From: a virus
Taxonomy: Duplodnaviria > Heunggongvirae > Uroviricota > Caudoviricetes
Length of the DNA stretch: 41,324 nucleotides
Direction: 5' to 3' (one strand)
Virus record (IMG/VR): IMGVR_UViG_2671180439_000007
Span: 1-41,324 of that record
Positions 9,858 to 20,262 of this stretch are shown here, one piece after another; position 1 is the stretch's first letter, and each line of letters opens with the position of its first letter. Position numbers and translations under genes: made by a program. Under the pieces are notes generated by a model that did no database searches, had not been told where the DNA came from, and saw nothing but the letters and a program-made list of their open reading frames with translations.

Positions 9858-10229
9858 TTAGTTCTCCGTTACGTCCCGGCCTTCCCAGCGAACATCAAAC
9901 ACTGCATCTTCGCTTTCCACTTCCTGAACGTTCACCGTCCATAGCGCGCGACCGATAATAGTCTTTCCGTTCGCCAGTTCGGCGATCACGTTGACGTTCG
10001 TCTGTTTGTTAAAACCCAGTACGTTGGTACCGCCGCTGTCGCGAAGACGGGCAGAAATATACGGGGCAACCGGCTTTTCTTTGTAGCCATGCACACCGTC
10101 CATGCCTGTCAGTGTGGTACGGTTAACAGTGGAGGTCTGATACTTGAATGAGCCCTCCACCATAACGGTCACCCCGTTTACGGTGACATAAGCGGTACCT
10201 GCCAGGCGATTAGTGGTATCTCCAGCCAT
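9858..10229 (-). CDS. Tail tube protein (Mu gp40/M-like)
   Basis: 123 aa; directly follows the sheath gene. Confidence 0.75.
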   Translation of the reverse strand: MAGDTTNRLAGTAYVTVNGVTVMVEGSFKYQTSTVNRTTLTGMDGVHGYKEKPVAPYISARLRDSGGTNVLGFNKQTNVNVIAELANGKTIIGRALWTVNVQEVESEDAVFDVRWEGRDVTEN

Positions 10230-10232
10230 GTT

Positions 10233-11744
10233 TTATGCTCCTGTTGATTCAGCCTGCAGGCGGAACTGGTTAAGCAGCGCGAAGATGCGCAACTGGTTCA
10301 TAAGCGTTCCCGGCCACAACACATCGACGCGGTTCGGATTTGTTTTGTTCTGCTCCACGATAATGTTTCTGGCGAAGGCCTCAGCGTCCTGCGCGTAGCC
10401 GTTAAAGACCAGCGTCTGGTATTCCGCGATCTGATCGGCTCTGATGATGTTTGGCGTCACTATCGCCGCCCCCGGCGCAAAACGCGTGCCATCCGCGGCC
10501 AGCTTCATGCGCCCAAATTTACTGGTCACTGCAGTGCGGAGATATCGCGTGACAAACATCAGGCTGAAGAGCGTTTCCACCTGAAGGTAACTGTCGTCTT
10601 CGTCGCCATAGCTGTTTTTCTGGTAGGTGGTAATCAGGTTTTCAATCATCACCGTCCCGTCATCACCCACGGTGTAAGTGGAGATGCCGCTGTACAGCAG
10701 GTTGTTGCGCTCTGTCAGCTCAAAGCGATCCGCCAGGTCCGGTGCCAGCACGCCATAAACAGGCAGACTTTGTAGCGGACGTGCGGGGTCATTACGCAGG
10801 CTGGGTGCGGCGGCCCCTGTCAGTGCCGCCGCCCAGATATAACGCGGTGACGGTGAGCGATACACACCAAGCAGTGACTCATGCTGGTTATTACGGGTTT
10901 CCCCTTTGGTGCCAAGCTCGGCGTAAGTGCCGTTGGTAGTGGTGAATGCGTGGCCATAAAGCTGTTTATCCCATGCCCAGCGGCCGGTTGCATCGTTCAG
11001 AAATTCTCTGATGGCATCCAGTGATGCGGTGTCATCATAAGGGTTGATGACAAAATCAAAGGTCTTATCCTGCAGGTTGCCAAGGGCATCAACAAAATCC
11101 GGCGCGCCGGCGCCGCCGGTCATGCCCGTGATGGTGAGTGTCAGGCCCGCGGGCGTCACCTCACCACCCTGAACACCGAGATAATTCAGCCTGATATCAA
11201 TACCATTGCCCAGCAACCCGGCATTTTTGGCCGTCAGTGTCACGGTATCCGTTGCATCGGCTTTTACAGCAGCTGTCACCGGCAGTTCCGTTTTGCGGGT
11301 AATCGCCGCGACCAGCGCAGTGGCAATCTGAGCCGGAGTGTCAGTCGCCAGTACGGTCAGTTGTACGCGAACGCCAGCAATATAAAGAGAGATAACGCCG
11401 GTTTCTGCCGCCTGTGTGGCAACCTTGATACTGCCAGTGGCCACTGCCATCGAATCCGTATCATCAGCCAGCGGAAGGATCCAGACCTCCGCAGCAGTAT
11501 CGTTTTTTTGATACGCCGTCATCATGCCATGCAGCATTGATCCTTTTCCGGTGAGCTCACCCACCGCATTGGGAGAGGAGACTTTTACCGGGATTTTTTC
11601 CTGTGCAGAGCCTGATGCCAGCATCTGACCAATCAACAGCGTTCGTTGTGTAGCCGTCGCCGTGTTGGCCATGGAGTTATCAAACTCCACATAAAAAAGC
11701 GGCACACGTAAATTGCCGGGAACTCGCGAAAATGGAACGGTCAT
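10233..11744 (-). CDS. Contractile tail sheath protein (Mu L-like)
   Basis: 503 aa; size and position upstream of tube gene. Confidence 0.8.
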   Translation of the reverse strand: MTVPFSRVPGNLRVPLFYVEFDNSMANTATATQRTLLIGQMLASGSAQEKIPVKVSSPNAVGELTGKGSMLHGMMTAYQKNDTAAEVWILPLADDTDSMAVATGSIKVATQAAETGVISLYIAGVRVQLTVLATDTPAQIATALVAAITRKTELPVTAAVKADATDTVTLTAKNAGLLGNGIDIRLNYLGVQGGEVTPAGLTLTITGMTGGAGAPDFVDALGNLQDKTFDFVINPYDDTASLDAIREFLNDATGRWAWDKQLYGHAFTTTNGTYAELGTKGETRNNQHESLLGVYRSPSPRYIWAAALTGAAAPSLRNDPARPLQSLPVYGVLAPDLADRFELTERNNLLYSGISTYTVGDDGTVMIENLITTYQKNSYGDEDDSYLQVETLFSLMFVTRYLRTAVTSKFGRMKLAADGTRFAPGAAIVTPNIIRADQIAEYQTLVFNGYAQDAEAFARNIIVEQNKTNPNRVDVLWPGTLMNQLRIFALLNQFRLQAESTGA

Positions 11745-11926
11745 TTAATTACGCCCTCTTTTTTTACGGCGTTTTTAACGCCCTTTTCCGGTACCAGACT
11801 GACGTCGCCATCCTTCAGGCGGCGACGCCAGAACGTATTATCAGGTACCTCCGCGCCATCTTTGGGCAAAGGCTCCCCCCTGACAGGGCAGCGAACGCTG
11901 AGCCCATCCTTCGGTTTTACAAACAT
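11741..11926 (-). CDS. Small Mu-like tail-module protein (DUF2635-like)
   Basis: 61 aa, overlaps sheath gene start by 4 nt; sequence MFVKPKDGLSVRCPV...WRRRLKDGDV. Confidence 0.5.
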   Translation of the reverse strand: MFVKPKDGLSVRCPVRGEPLPKDGAEVPDNTFWRRRLKDGDVSLVPEKGVKNAVKKEGVIK

Positions 11927-11928
11927 GA

Positions 11929-12474
11929 TTACTCCTGAAGGTCTATTTTTACGCCCGGCTGCGGCGTACCGTCCGGCATGTCGATGGTGATGTCGATCCC
12001 CGCCAGCGGCACCGTATCAACCGGATAAAAGTCTTCCGGTCCCTGATAGTGCTCAATATCAATTTCGATAAGCAGCTGGCCCATATGCGCTTCACCATCC
12101 GCATCAACATCAATCGTCGAGCGGACCTCCGCATATTTCTGGATGTTCCGGGTTAACTCGTAGCTGTTAATCACCGCCCTTTCTACCTGTTCCCGGAGCT
12201 CTTCCAGCGCAACCTCCGCGCGCATGGCGCCATCATCAGCGGTTTCACTGTCGTACTCCTGAACCCGGCCAGTAATGCGAACGGTGGTCAAAGAGGTAAA
12301 GGCCGGGACATTTCTCCCCTGCGCCTTTTTGTGATCAAATGGCGTCTGAACAAGCAACGCTGGGTACAGGTCCGGCGAAGTTGCCCAGTCACGCGGGGAA
12401 TACACACGATCGGCGGCAGCCGTTTTATCTTTCAGCGCGGCCACGACCATGTGTCGTATTGCGGAAGCATTCAT
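11929..12474 (-). CDS. Mu gp37-like virion protein
   Basis: 181 aa; synteny. Confidence 0.5.
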   Translation of the reverse strand: MNASAIRHMVVAALKDKTAAADRVYSPRDWATSPDLYPALLVQTPFDHKKAQGRNVPAFTSLTTVRITGRVQEYDSETADDGAMRAEVALEELREQVERAVINSYELTRNIQKYAEVRSTIDVDADGEAHMGQLLIEIDIEHYQGPEDFYPVDTVPLAGIDITIDMPDGTPQPGVKIDLQE

Positions 12475-12830
12475 CGGGTTTTCGCCACATTGAGAACAAG
12501 ACGTGAGCCGCCATGGCTGTCCGGTTCGACGTTGGACACAACAAATAACTGATTGATGATCTGACCTCCGACCGTTTTGATAAACACACGGTCAGATACG
12601 GCAGGTTGCGGTTTACCCAACTGACGAAATTCAGCATCGCGCACCCCAAGCATTGGGCTGGAGGTGTTAATTTCTGAATCACCATCAAGATTTTCTGCAA
12701 CCTGCGCATAGCCACGGTCAAAAATACCGTTAATCGTAAAAGGAGTACCGTTGCGGGGACGGTACTCATGCTCATCGCCAAACACGCCATGGAGCGGACT
12801 CAGAAGATGTAAATCCCAGTCCACGCCCAT
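12471..12830 (-). CDS. Mu gp36-like protein (DUF1834-like)
   Basis: 119 aa; synteny, 4-nt overlap. Confidence 0.5.
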   Translation of the reverse strand: MGVDWDLHLLSPLHGVFGDEHEYRPRNGTPFTINGIFDRGYAQVAENLDGDSEINTSSPMLGVRDAEFRQLGKPQPAVSDRVFIKTVGGQIINQLFVVSNVEPDSHGGSRLVLNVAKTR

Positions 12831-12834
12831 ATGC

Positions 12835-13212
12835 TCACTCCGTTGTTATTTTCACACCACGCGCAGCAGATAACGCGCGCTGTCGCAGAGCATGGATATC
12901 GGCAATTACACCTGCGGCCAGCAGACGCTCGGCATCCTTACCGGAGACCGGAATTAGGGAGTTTTCCCGGTAAACCTCACCGTCATGGCGAATGCAGTTC
13001 CCTTTCAGGACCACAAACTCAGGTTCCGCTACTTCCTGAAAATCTTCTTCATCGTCATCCTGATCATCAGATGAATCGCCGTCTTTTTCGTCATACTGAT
13101 GCGTCATCTGAACGCTGCCGCCGGCATTCAGGTCGTCGATATTCAGGGCGTCTTCGGTGGCGCCTTCAGCATTCAGATCATCGACCTGCTCGGTTTTAGA
13201 GATTTTTGCCAT
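12835..13212 (-). CDS. Acidic hypothetical virion protein (head completion/connector candidate)
   Basis: 125 aa with DDQDDDEED acidic stretch; between capsid gene and tail module. Confidence 0.4.
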   Translation of the reverse strand: MAKISKTEQVDDLNAEGATEDALNIDDLNAGGSVQMTHQYDEKDGDSSDDQDDDEEDFQEVAEPEFVVLKGNCIRHDGEVYRENSLIPVSGKDAERLLAAGVIADIHALRQRALSAARGVKITTE

Positions 13213-13213
13213 A

Positions 13214-14263
13214 TCAGACCACCGTCGCGCAGAGGGATGCGTTTACCCGGCTCGGAATAACCAGCGGGGAGGATTGCATCAGGATAAGACGCTGGGCCGG
13301 ATCTTCTTTCACCCAGGATTTTGGCGCATAGGCCAGGGGACCGTAGTTAAATGCCGGGTCCAGGATAACGCCAAAAGCGCGGGTACCCATCAGATCAGCG
13401 CCAGACATAATAACGGCGCCGTCGGGGATCATCGGCTTCTCGACATTATCAAGTGGGTCAATAAACCAGTCGTTATATAACCAGAGGTCAAAGTTACCCC
13501 AGCGACCTTTATAAATAGCGCCCTTCATCGCCTGTGGACCAGCATTAATCTGGTTACCAAACGGGCTCAGCGCCGGGAACGTGATGGCGTTATCTTTGAT
13601 GGTGGTGTCCAGTCGGAAAGCACGCCATGACTTGCTTGTGAACACCAGATCTGTCGCGACGGAACCGGATTCTTTCAGGAAAAGCGTCTGCCAGGTTTCA
13701 ATATCATCAGAGGGCTGGGTATTAGTGGCACCCGCGGCAACCTTCAACGGCCACTTATCTGAACCACTCAGAGTGATAGTCAAATCCGGAGAGCGCCCGA
13801 AATCCACCACTTTGGTTTCATAGCCTTCCCCGGCAACCGTGACGGTACCGGACACCAGAGCGCTGGCCGCCATCCATTCCAGCCGACGGTTGATCATGTC
13901 AATCTGATCAGTCATCTCAAACTGCAGGTTCAACATTTCGCGTTCTGCGGCGGTATATTCACCGCCAATACGCTCACCAATCTGGCGGCGGATAGGTTTA
14001 CGCAGGTCCGGCGCCCGCTTGTCTTTGATGTACGCCGGTTTGAACGTATTGGTCTGGTATTTACGGGACTCGACCAGCTTACCTTCCACCAGCGGGGAGA
14101 CGAATGGCGCCATACGACGCATGCCGACATCCACGTCAATCGCTACTTCTTCGGTCTCATAAGTCACGACGTTCGGGAAGAAGCGATCAAGCAGCCAGTT
14201 CTGACTGGTTTTCAGGTTAGGAACGACCTGCACCAGCACACTGGTATCATAAATATTTTCCAT
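13214..14263 (-). CDS. Major capsid protein, lambda gpE family
   Basis: 349 aa; C-terminal ILMQSSPLVIP resembles lambda E; preceded by D-like decoration gene. Confidence 0.8.
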   Translation of the reverse strand: MENIYDTSVLVQVVPNLKTSQNWLLDRFFPNVVTYETEEVAIDVDVGMRRMAPFVSPLVEGKLVESRKYQTNTFKPAYIKDKRAPDLRKPIRRQIGERIGGEYTAAEREMLNLQFEMTDQIDMINRRLEWMAASALVSGTVTVAGEGYETKVVDFGRSPDLTITLSGSDKWPLKVAAGATNTQPSDDIETWQTLFLKESGSVATDLVFTSKSWRAFRLDTTIKDNAITFPALSPFGNQINAGPQAMKGAIYKGRWGNFDLWLYNDWFIDPLDNVEKPMIPDGAVIMSGADLMGTRAFGVILDPAFNYGPLAYAPKSWVKEDPAQRLILMQSSPLVIPSRVNASLCATVV

Positions 14264-14361
14264 ATTCAGTCTCTTGATAATGCCAGCTAGACGCTGGCAT
14301 AAATTTTAAATAGGTCAGCGCCTGCCGGTTAAAGCATTCGCCAGGATAAATGAGGGATAAA

Positions 14362-14769
14362 TCAGGAGGTGGTTAAAGGTGCCTGGGCGCTGTCTTTCAG
14401 GAAGATGGCCAGCGGACGTAGTGCTGTTTTCAGTTCCTGCGCAGTCCAGGAATCGTCAAAAATAATATGATTCTGGTTGAACTCGCCCATCAGGTACAGG
14501 CCGCCGGACTGATCGCCATGGGTGGAAGCGTCAACATCATCAACCAGAATGGCCGCTGGCTTCTCGCTACCATCCGTTGCGGTTTTCACACTGGATGTAT
14601 ATTTGCCACTGGCGGTGATCATGCCAAGCACAGTGCCACGCTTATACACACCGCCGGTGATCGTGCCGGTGTCAGTGACCAGTTGCAGCGTACCGGCAAT
14701 TAACTGATCCGGCACAAACACTGAACTCTTCATGCCAGGTGCAAAGGCATTCTGACCAAATTGATCCAT
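14362..14769 (-). CDS. Head decoration protein (lambda D-like)
   Basis: 135 aa; position between scaffold and capsid. Confidence 0.65.
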   Translation of the reverse strand: MDQFGQNAFAPGMKSSVFVPDQLIAGTLQLVTDTGTITGGVYKRGTVLGMITASGKYTSSVKTATDGSEKPAAILVDDVDASTHGDQSGGLYLMGEFNQNHIIFDDSWTAQELKTALRPLAIFLKDSAQAPLTTS

Positions 14770-15359
14770 TATTTCTCTCCTTTAATGGAGTTGTAGAGGC
14801 CGGTCATCTGGTTTACCAGTGCCGATTTACTGTTCTCTTTCTTGCCGCCATCCGGATTCAGACGGACATCATAGCTTTCCTGCATGCGCTGATCGAGAGA
14901 GCGCCCGCGCGTTGCCTTTGGTTGCAAGGCTGGCGCCGTGGATGCCAGAACATCGATAGCGGCGGCAGAGCTCATCCCGGTATTGAATGCGAGTGAAGCG
15001 GCCAGTGACGGATTCGCCGCAGCGTGCTTACTGCCGAAGATACGGGCGCAACGTTTACGCTCGGCGGCGCGGGCATTTTTCACCGCTTTGCTTTCTTTGC
15101 GGTCATCGTCGCCGTCATCTTCGGAATCGTCATCGTCTTCAGCCGCATCCGGGTCGTCACCGTCATCTTCAGCGTCATCATCACGATCGTCGTTTTCCGC
15201 GTCATCTTCGCGTTCATCGTCCCCGGCATCATCTTCGCGCTCATCCTCTTCCGCGCGACGGCCTTTCGCTTTTTTGGCCTTTTTGTCCTCTTCCTCTTCG
15301 GAAGCAGTCGCGCTACGGCCAATAAGATGAGCAAAACTAAAAGTCTTTTTCTTCGCCAT
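14769..15359 (-). CDS. Scaffold protein (Nu3-like), acidic
   Basis: Start chosen at ATG 15359 with AGGAG SD immediately after protease stop at 15361; long D/E-rich low-complexity tract. Confidence 0.5.
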   Translation of the reverse strand: MAKKKTFSFAHLIGRSATASEEEEDKKAKKAKGRRAEEDEREDDAGDDEREDDAENDDRDDDAEDDGDDPDAAEDDDDSEDDGDDDRKESKAVKNARAAERKRCARIFGSKHAAANPSLAASLAFNTGMSSAAAIDVLASTAPALQPKATRGRSLDQRMQESYDVRLNPDGGKKENSKSALVNQMTGLYNSIKGEK

Positions 15360-15360
15360 T

Positions 15361-16227
15361 TCAGGCTCCTGTTTTTTCAAGTAAGTTTCTGAACGCAGCA
15401 TCAGGAGGACACACCTCATCAGCCAGTCCAAGTTCCACACCATCAGCAGCCATAAAACAGGCAGCCTGAGTACTTTTGATAACCTTTGCGCTAATCCCCC
15501 GATTTCTGGCGACGGTATTCACAAACAATTCGCCCATGGTGTTGATGTCCTGCTGAATAGCCGCCAGCGCTTCATCTGACAGCTCTCTCAGCGGTGACCC
15601 CTCAGCCTTACGGGAACCGTAGGTGATGATGGTGACTTTGAGGCCGTCATCTTTTATCCGCTGGGTCCAGTCAAGGTGCATAGTGATCACACCAACTGAA
15701 CCCACACCACCGGTTCGGGGAACAGAAATCCGGTCCGCCGCACTGGCAATCGCATAGGCGGCGGAATAGGCGCTTTCCGTCAGAATGGCATGGATGGGCT
15801 TTTTCCCGCGGGCGCCATAAATGACATCTACCAGATCGAAACATCCGGCGACCTCGCCTCCTGGCGAATCAATATCCAGGCAGATCCCTGTAATATCGGG
15901 GTCTTCCATAGCAGTCAGGAAGGCCTGACGAATGCCGTCATAGCCTGTCATGCCACTGTATGGGCGCAGGCTACCCAGCTTCTGCACCAGGGTCCCACAT
16001 ATCGGGATGACAGCGACGCCCAACACATTGTCATAACCCGGGTCGCTACGGGATTCCCGCCCCCGGTTATCGTCGTATCCATACCAGTCATCATCCATGG
16101 CAAGAGAGGATTCGATTTTACTGATGCCAAACCGGTCCATAACGGATGCCATGATGACTTCAGCTTTACTTGGGTGCAGCGCCAGCGGTGTATTAAAAAG
16201 GCGCTGGGCCAGATGAGGTAGATTCAT
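15361..16227 (-). CDS. Head maturation protease, S49 peptidase family (lambda C-like)
   Basis: 288 aa; SppA/ClpP-like fold signature region DIDSPGGEV...; 4-nt overlap with portal. Confidence 0.8.
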   Translation of the reverse strand: MNLPHLAQRLFNTPLALHPSKAEVIMASVMDRFGISKIESSLAMDDDWYGYDDNRGRESRSDPGYDNVLGVAVIPICGTLVQKLGSLRPYSGMTGYDGIRQAFLTAMEDPDITGICLDIDSPGGEVAGCFDLVDVIYGARGKKPIHAILTESAYSAAYAIASAADRISVPRTGGVGSVGVITMHLDWTQRIKDDGLKVTIITYGSRKAEGSPLRELSDEALAAIQQDINTMGELFVNTVARNRGISAKVIKSTQAACFMAADGVELGLADEVCPPDAAFRNLLEKTGA

Positions 16228-17858
16228 TTTTCCTCCGGATCGGTAATTGTCTGGCTGGCGAACTGGTCCGCCTGCGCCCAGCTAGGTAATGGAAGTCCGC
16301 GCTTCAGGCAGGACTCAATTTCCCGCTGGCGCTGATCAAGTATCTCTTCCCAGTCCTCACCCACGTTTTCACCCACTTCAATTTCGAGAGTGGAAAGGCC
16401 GGCATCGAGGCCGAGAATGGCGCCTTTTTTCTCTGCCACCGGATCAACCCATCCTCGCCCCGGCCCCATCCAGCGCGCACGGGAATACGCAGCCCGGGCA
16501 TCAACAAAATCAGGGGCATCATTAGGTAGAGGTAAATCCTCGTTATCGTGAACTTCCTCCACAAAGGCCGTCAGAAGCGGCTGCGCGGTACCCATGGAAA
16601 AATCATCACGTCGGCGGGTGAGCGTTTTCCATGCCTCCAGCAAGGAAGATCGCGCAGAGCTGTAATTCACATCAGACCAGTCCTGTGTAACCTGCTGAGG
16701 AGATAACCCCGTACCGGATGAGAAATTACGCAATACTGCAGACTCGAAAACCTCAAAGTTGCTGTAAGGGCGGGCAGCGTTGACCGTTGTTATTCTCTCC
16801 CCTGGATAAAGGATCGGCATACGGGCGCCATTCTGCAGCGTCAAACGGCGATCATTATGAAACTCTGCACGACCATCCTGGTATGCTCCCAATCCCTCTT
16901 CGAAGTTTTCCCCCAGCGCGGACTGGATCATTTCGGGATCGTATGGAGACTCAATATACGCAGCGAAGATAGCATTCAGAATTGCTGCTTCCAGCTCGCT
17001 CTGGTCGTACTTCACCAGCATCTTCAGACGTTGCACTACTGGAGTCAGAATGCCATTCCCCCGATGCTGAGCTCCACGCTCATGGTCAAAGTCGTGCACA
17101 ACGTGCGGGCGCCCCCATGCGGTTTCGCGCGGGATTCGTCGCCATGTCATTGTTTTGGCGCCACTCCACCAGTCACCGATATGTGCTTCACGTATGTGAT
17201 AAGCCACAGGTGCGCCGTCAGCATCAATTTCAACGCCGCCGCGGATATTCGGCATATCAAAATTCTGCTGCGGGTTACTGAGTCTGTCGGGATCAACAAC
17301 CTGCACCGTCGTGGCATAACGCCCCTTACCTGGTCCAAGGCGATCGGTGCGATACTGAAGCACCATCAGGGCATCGCCATCAATCAGCTTGTGGCGAAAG
17401 GCCAGACGCAACATTTGTGGAACGGTTAGCTTGCGCTCAACGTCACAATAACGGCCTGTGTCGTATGCCCAGGTTCTCCAGTGGGAAGCGAGTGCTTTTC
17501 CGTACTCTTCCGCCCATACTGCGTCAAAACTTTTATTACCTGTCATCATCCGTAATACACGATAGTCAGGCTTCATGATCGGACGGAAATTGGCGCCGAC
17601 CGCATTATCAAGCAGGCGAGTTATGGCACCATTGGCCCATCCATCATTTCGGACCAGATCCCGCGCACGGGAAACTATACGGTCACGATAGATATTAATT
17701 TCGTTATCCGGTGACCATAGTGCGGGCTGCCAGTTCGCCAGTTGATCGCTGAAGGAATCCGCGGCGTCATATGGCACCCGGCTACCGCCCGTCAACATGC
17801 TGGGTTTTGGTGCCTGATAAGGTCTCCCGTCAGGACCAAGGATTTGCACTTTATTCAT
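16224..17858 (-). CDS. Portal protein, lambda B family
   Basis: 544 aa; synteny W-B-C. Confidence 0.85.
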   Translation of the reverse strand: MNKVQILGPDGRPYQAPKPSMLTGGSRVPYDAADSFSDQLANWQPALWSPDNEINIYRDRIVSRARDLVRNDGWANGAITRLLDNAVGANFRPIMKPDYRVLRMMTGNKSFDAVWAEEYGKALASHWRTWAYDTGRYCDVERKLTVPQMLRLAFRHKLIDGDALMVLQYRTDRLGPGKGRYATTVQVVDPDRLSNPQQNFDMPNIRGGVEIDADGAPVAYHIREAHIGDWWSGAKTMTWRRIPRETAWGRPHVVHDFDHERGAQHRGNGILTPVVQRLKMLVKYDQSELEAAILNAIFAAYIESPYDPEMIQSALGENFEEGLGAYQDGRAEFHNDRRLTLQNGARMPILYPGERITTVNAARPYSNFEVFESAVLRNFSSGTGLSPQQVTQDWSDVNYSSARSSLLEAWKTLTRRRDDFSMGTAQPLLTAFVEEVHDNEDLPLPNDAPDFVDARAAYSRARWMGPGRGWVDPVAEKKGAILGLDAGLSTLEIEVGENVGEDWEEILDQRQREIESCLKRGLPLPSWAQADQFASQTITDPEEK

Positions 17859-18121
17859 CAGAATCTGAACCTCACTGGCTTCCGTGGCCGGGCGACAATT
17901 CCCAGTTGCGCCTGCAGCAACTGAATCAGCGCCAGCAGGTCGGCGAGAGAGCTTTGCTGATAGGAGACAGAGCGCGTCCCATCACCCTGCGTATAGGCGA
18001 ATGAGACGCCACGGCTGCCGGTAGTCAGGTCGATATAAGCCTGCTGCGCTTTCTGCAGAGCGTCTCTGAGCTGCTCATCAGTCATCCCACCAGCAAGTAA
18101 GCTCGTGTTTCGGTTAAACAT
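17858..18121 (-). CDS. Head-tail joining protein (lambda gpW-like)
   Basis: 87 aa between terminase large subunit and portal. Confidence 0.65.
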   Translation of the reverse strand: MFNRNTSLLAGGMTDEQLRDALQKAQQAYIDLTTGSRGVSFAYTQGDGTRSVSYQQSSLADLLALIQLLQAQLGIVARPRKPVRFRF

Positions 18122-18129
18122 GGTTTTCC

Positions 18130-20262
18130 TTATTGCGGCAGGAGTTTAGAAATGTTCTTACGCTTAACAGGAGCCATAGCCTCATCCACGATGGCACCCG
18201 GTAATTCGTAATTGATTTTTTCTTCTGGCTCGGCTGGCGCCGGCAGGAACTTATCGGGATCGGCCTGAAGGTTAGCGGCCCGAACATTGAGTTTTAATCC
18301 CATATGTTTCAGCCCACACAACGCGGCATAGCTGTAAACGAGGCAGTCGAGTGCTTCGTTCGCCCGTCCGGGGATAGGCTCCCAGACACTGAATCGCTGA
18401 CCGGCCACCACTTTATAAACCAGTCGCTCGGCCAGCAGCTGGTTGAAATATCCGAGATCACGATCATCCGGGAAGTGCATATAGCCCGCACCGGCAGTAC
18501 CTAAAGCTGGCGGTTCAAGATGCAGACGACCACGGATAACATCTTTCGCAGAGTTCACGCCAAGTATAATTGGCCTGAAGCTGGCTTTACTTTTCGATGT
18601 CGGTCGCTTGGTTGGCCAGACGGGGTTGCGTTTCCCACCCTGCGCAGATTCGCCCTTGATAGCCCAGACGCGGCGCCCAAGGCGATCTTTGCAGAACTCA
18701 TAAACCTTTTGCGTGTGGTGACCGCCGGAGTCCATACATGCAGCCAGAATATTCAGCCCTCGCCCGTCGCCGCGTCGCCATATCTGTTTCAGGTACGCAT
18801 CGAGGCGCTTCCAGGGTTCCTCAGTCTCCAGATCGCCATAAATGACGTCATGCGCAACTGACCACGATTCCTCGTCCCGCCCCCAGCCAGTGATCGTGAT
18901 TTCGAATCGGTCATCCTGGGTATCGACGCCCGCAGTTAACAATGCCACGCCATCAGGAACGACGGCCGGGAAGACTTCACGGCGCGCCAGCAGGACATCA
19001 ACCGGGAGCTGTTTCCCGTGGTTAGGCCGGTGCGGCAACCCCATCTGGGTGTTCCACCAGGCCTGCTCCTTATCCGGATCCCCTTTCGCATCGAGGTATT
19101 TCTTTGCAATGTCCGATGGCTTGTCTTTTTGCCAGGGACTGAAGAGTTTTGACGCCTGGTACCCGGCGTGGTGATTATCCAGTGCCTCGGCCCCGCAGTC
19201 CGGGCAAATCGCCCGGTATACGGCATGCCGTTCCGACTCTGACCAGCGCCAGACGGCATCAACACTGCCCTCGTCTCCTTCATGCCATTTCTGGTCGTAT
19301 TCCATTAATGGTGAATGGCGGGAACCACAACATTCAAACGGTTTGGTCTGATGCCAGCGGATTGTCTGTAATGCCCGCAGACGCTCACCCTCTGACCAGC
19401 CAGCACCACAACATTCACAATGGATCATGGCCGCTTTGGTCAGGTGCTTATCACCTTCTTTTGGCCATTGAACATGTTTGAAGAAATCAAGGAACTGTCG
19501 GTGCCCGCAATGGGGGCAAACTACAGAGGCCCGCCGCTGATCTGAATCTTCGTAACTGTCAGCAATCCGGCTTTCATCTTCGACCGTCGGCGAGCAAGCC
19601 CGCACAGACAGCCAGTTAAGGCCAAATGTGGCGGTTCGCTCTTCCGCCAGAGCAATGGGATCGCCCTCGCGGGTAATCGGGTATTTATCCACCTCATCTG
19701 CCAGCAGAACACGGATCGGACGGCGCGCAAGGTTATCTGGACTACCGGCGCCGGCCAGCGCCAGAAATCCGCCGGTGAAAGCTTTATACAGAATGGTTTC
19801 TTTTGAACTCTTCTGCTTTGAGTCACCTATGATGTTACGCAGAACTGGCGTTACCCTAACCATCGGGCTGATGCGTTCTTTGGAAAACTGCTCAGCGGCC
19901 TCTTCCTTCGGCTGCAGGAGCAAAATCGGACATGGGTCGAGGTGCGCAAAATAACCAAACAGGTTTTCCAGCAGCGCGGTTTTCATTAACTGGGTACAGC
20001 ACATCACGGTGATAATGTGAACGCCCGATTCCGTCGCGGCCAGCATAGGACCGCGGGCAATTTCAACCGTTGATGTTTCCCAGTTCCCGGAGGTACTGCC
20101 AGCTTCTTTCGCCAGCTTCCGGTAGTCATCGGCCCATTGCGGGACGCTGATCCGCGGCGGCGGTGTCCACCCTTTCCGGACACTCAGTTGAAGACGCTCA
20201 ATCTTCCGCTGGGTTAAACTCTGGTTCTCCGAGGACTGAGATATGTTTGTGGACATGTTCAA
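18130..20262 (-). CDS. Terminase large subunit (GpA family)
   Basis: 710 aa; CPHCG zinc-ribbon region and C-terminal NEALDC motif as in lambda A. Confidence 0.9.
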   Translation of the reverse strand: MNMSTNISQSSENQSLTQRKIERLQLSVRKGWTPPPRISVPQWADDYRKLAKEAGSTSGNWETSTVEIARGPMLAATESGVHIITVMCCTQLMKTALLENLFGYFAHLDPCPILLLQPKEEAAEQFSKERISPMVRVTPVLRNIIGDSKQKSSKETILYKAFTGGFLALAGAGSPDNLARRPIRVLLADEVDKYPITREGDPIALAEERTATFGLNWLSVRACSPTVEDESRIADSYEDSDQRRASVVCPHCGHRQFLDFFKHVQWPKEGDKHLTKAAMIHCECCGAGWSEGERLRALQTIRWHQTKPFECCGSRHSPLMEYDQKWHEGDEGSVDAVWRWSESERHAVYRAICPDCGAEALDNHHAGYQASKLFSPWQKDKPSDIAKKYLDAKGDPDKEQAWWNTQMGLPHRPNHGKQLPVDVLLARREVFPAVVPDGVALLTAGVDTQDDRFEITITGWGRDEESWSVAHDVIYGDLETEEPWKRLDAYLKQIWRRGDGRGLNILAACMDSGGHHTQKVYEFCKDRLGRRVWAIKGESAQGGKRNPVWPTKRPTSKSKASFRPIILGVNSAKDVIRGRLHLEPPALGTAGAGYMHFPDDRDLGYFNQLLAERLVYKVVAGQRFSVWEPIPGRANEALDCLVYSYAALCGLKHMGLKLNVRAANLQADPDKFLPAPAEPEEKINYELPGAIVDEAMAPVKRKNISKLLPQ

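Noticed and set aside
12831-13199. Plus-strand ORF of 122 aa
   Set aside because: Exactly antisense to the acidic virion protein gene; translation is R/H/P-rich low complexity
14938-15392. Multiple overlapping ORFs on both strands (for example 14938-15330+, 14987-15325+, 15024-15392+, 15080-15334-)
   Set aside because: They lie within the acidic D/E-rich low-complexity tract of the scaffold gene, where any frame stays open; translations are low-complexity (S-rich, R/H-rich) and antisense or out of frame to a syntenic lambda-like head module
16857-17429. Plus-strand 190-aa ORF and neighbours inside the portal gene
   Set aside because: Antisense to a well-supported portal gene; no independent signals
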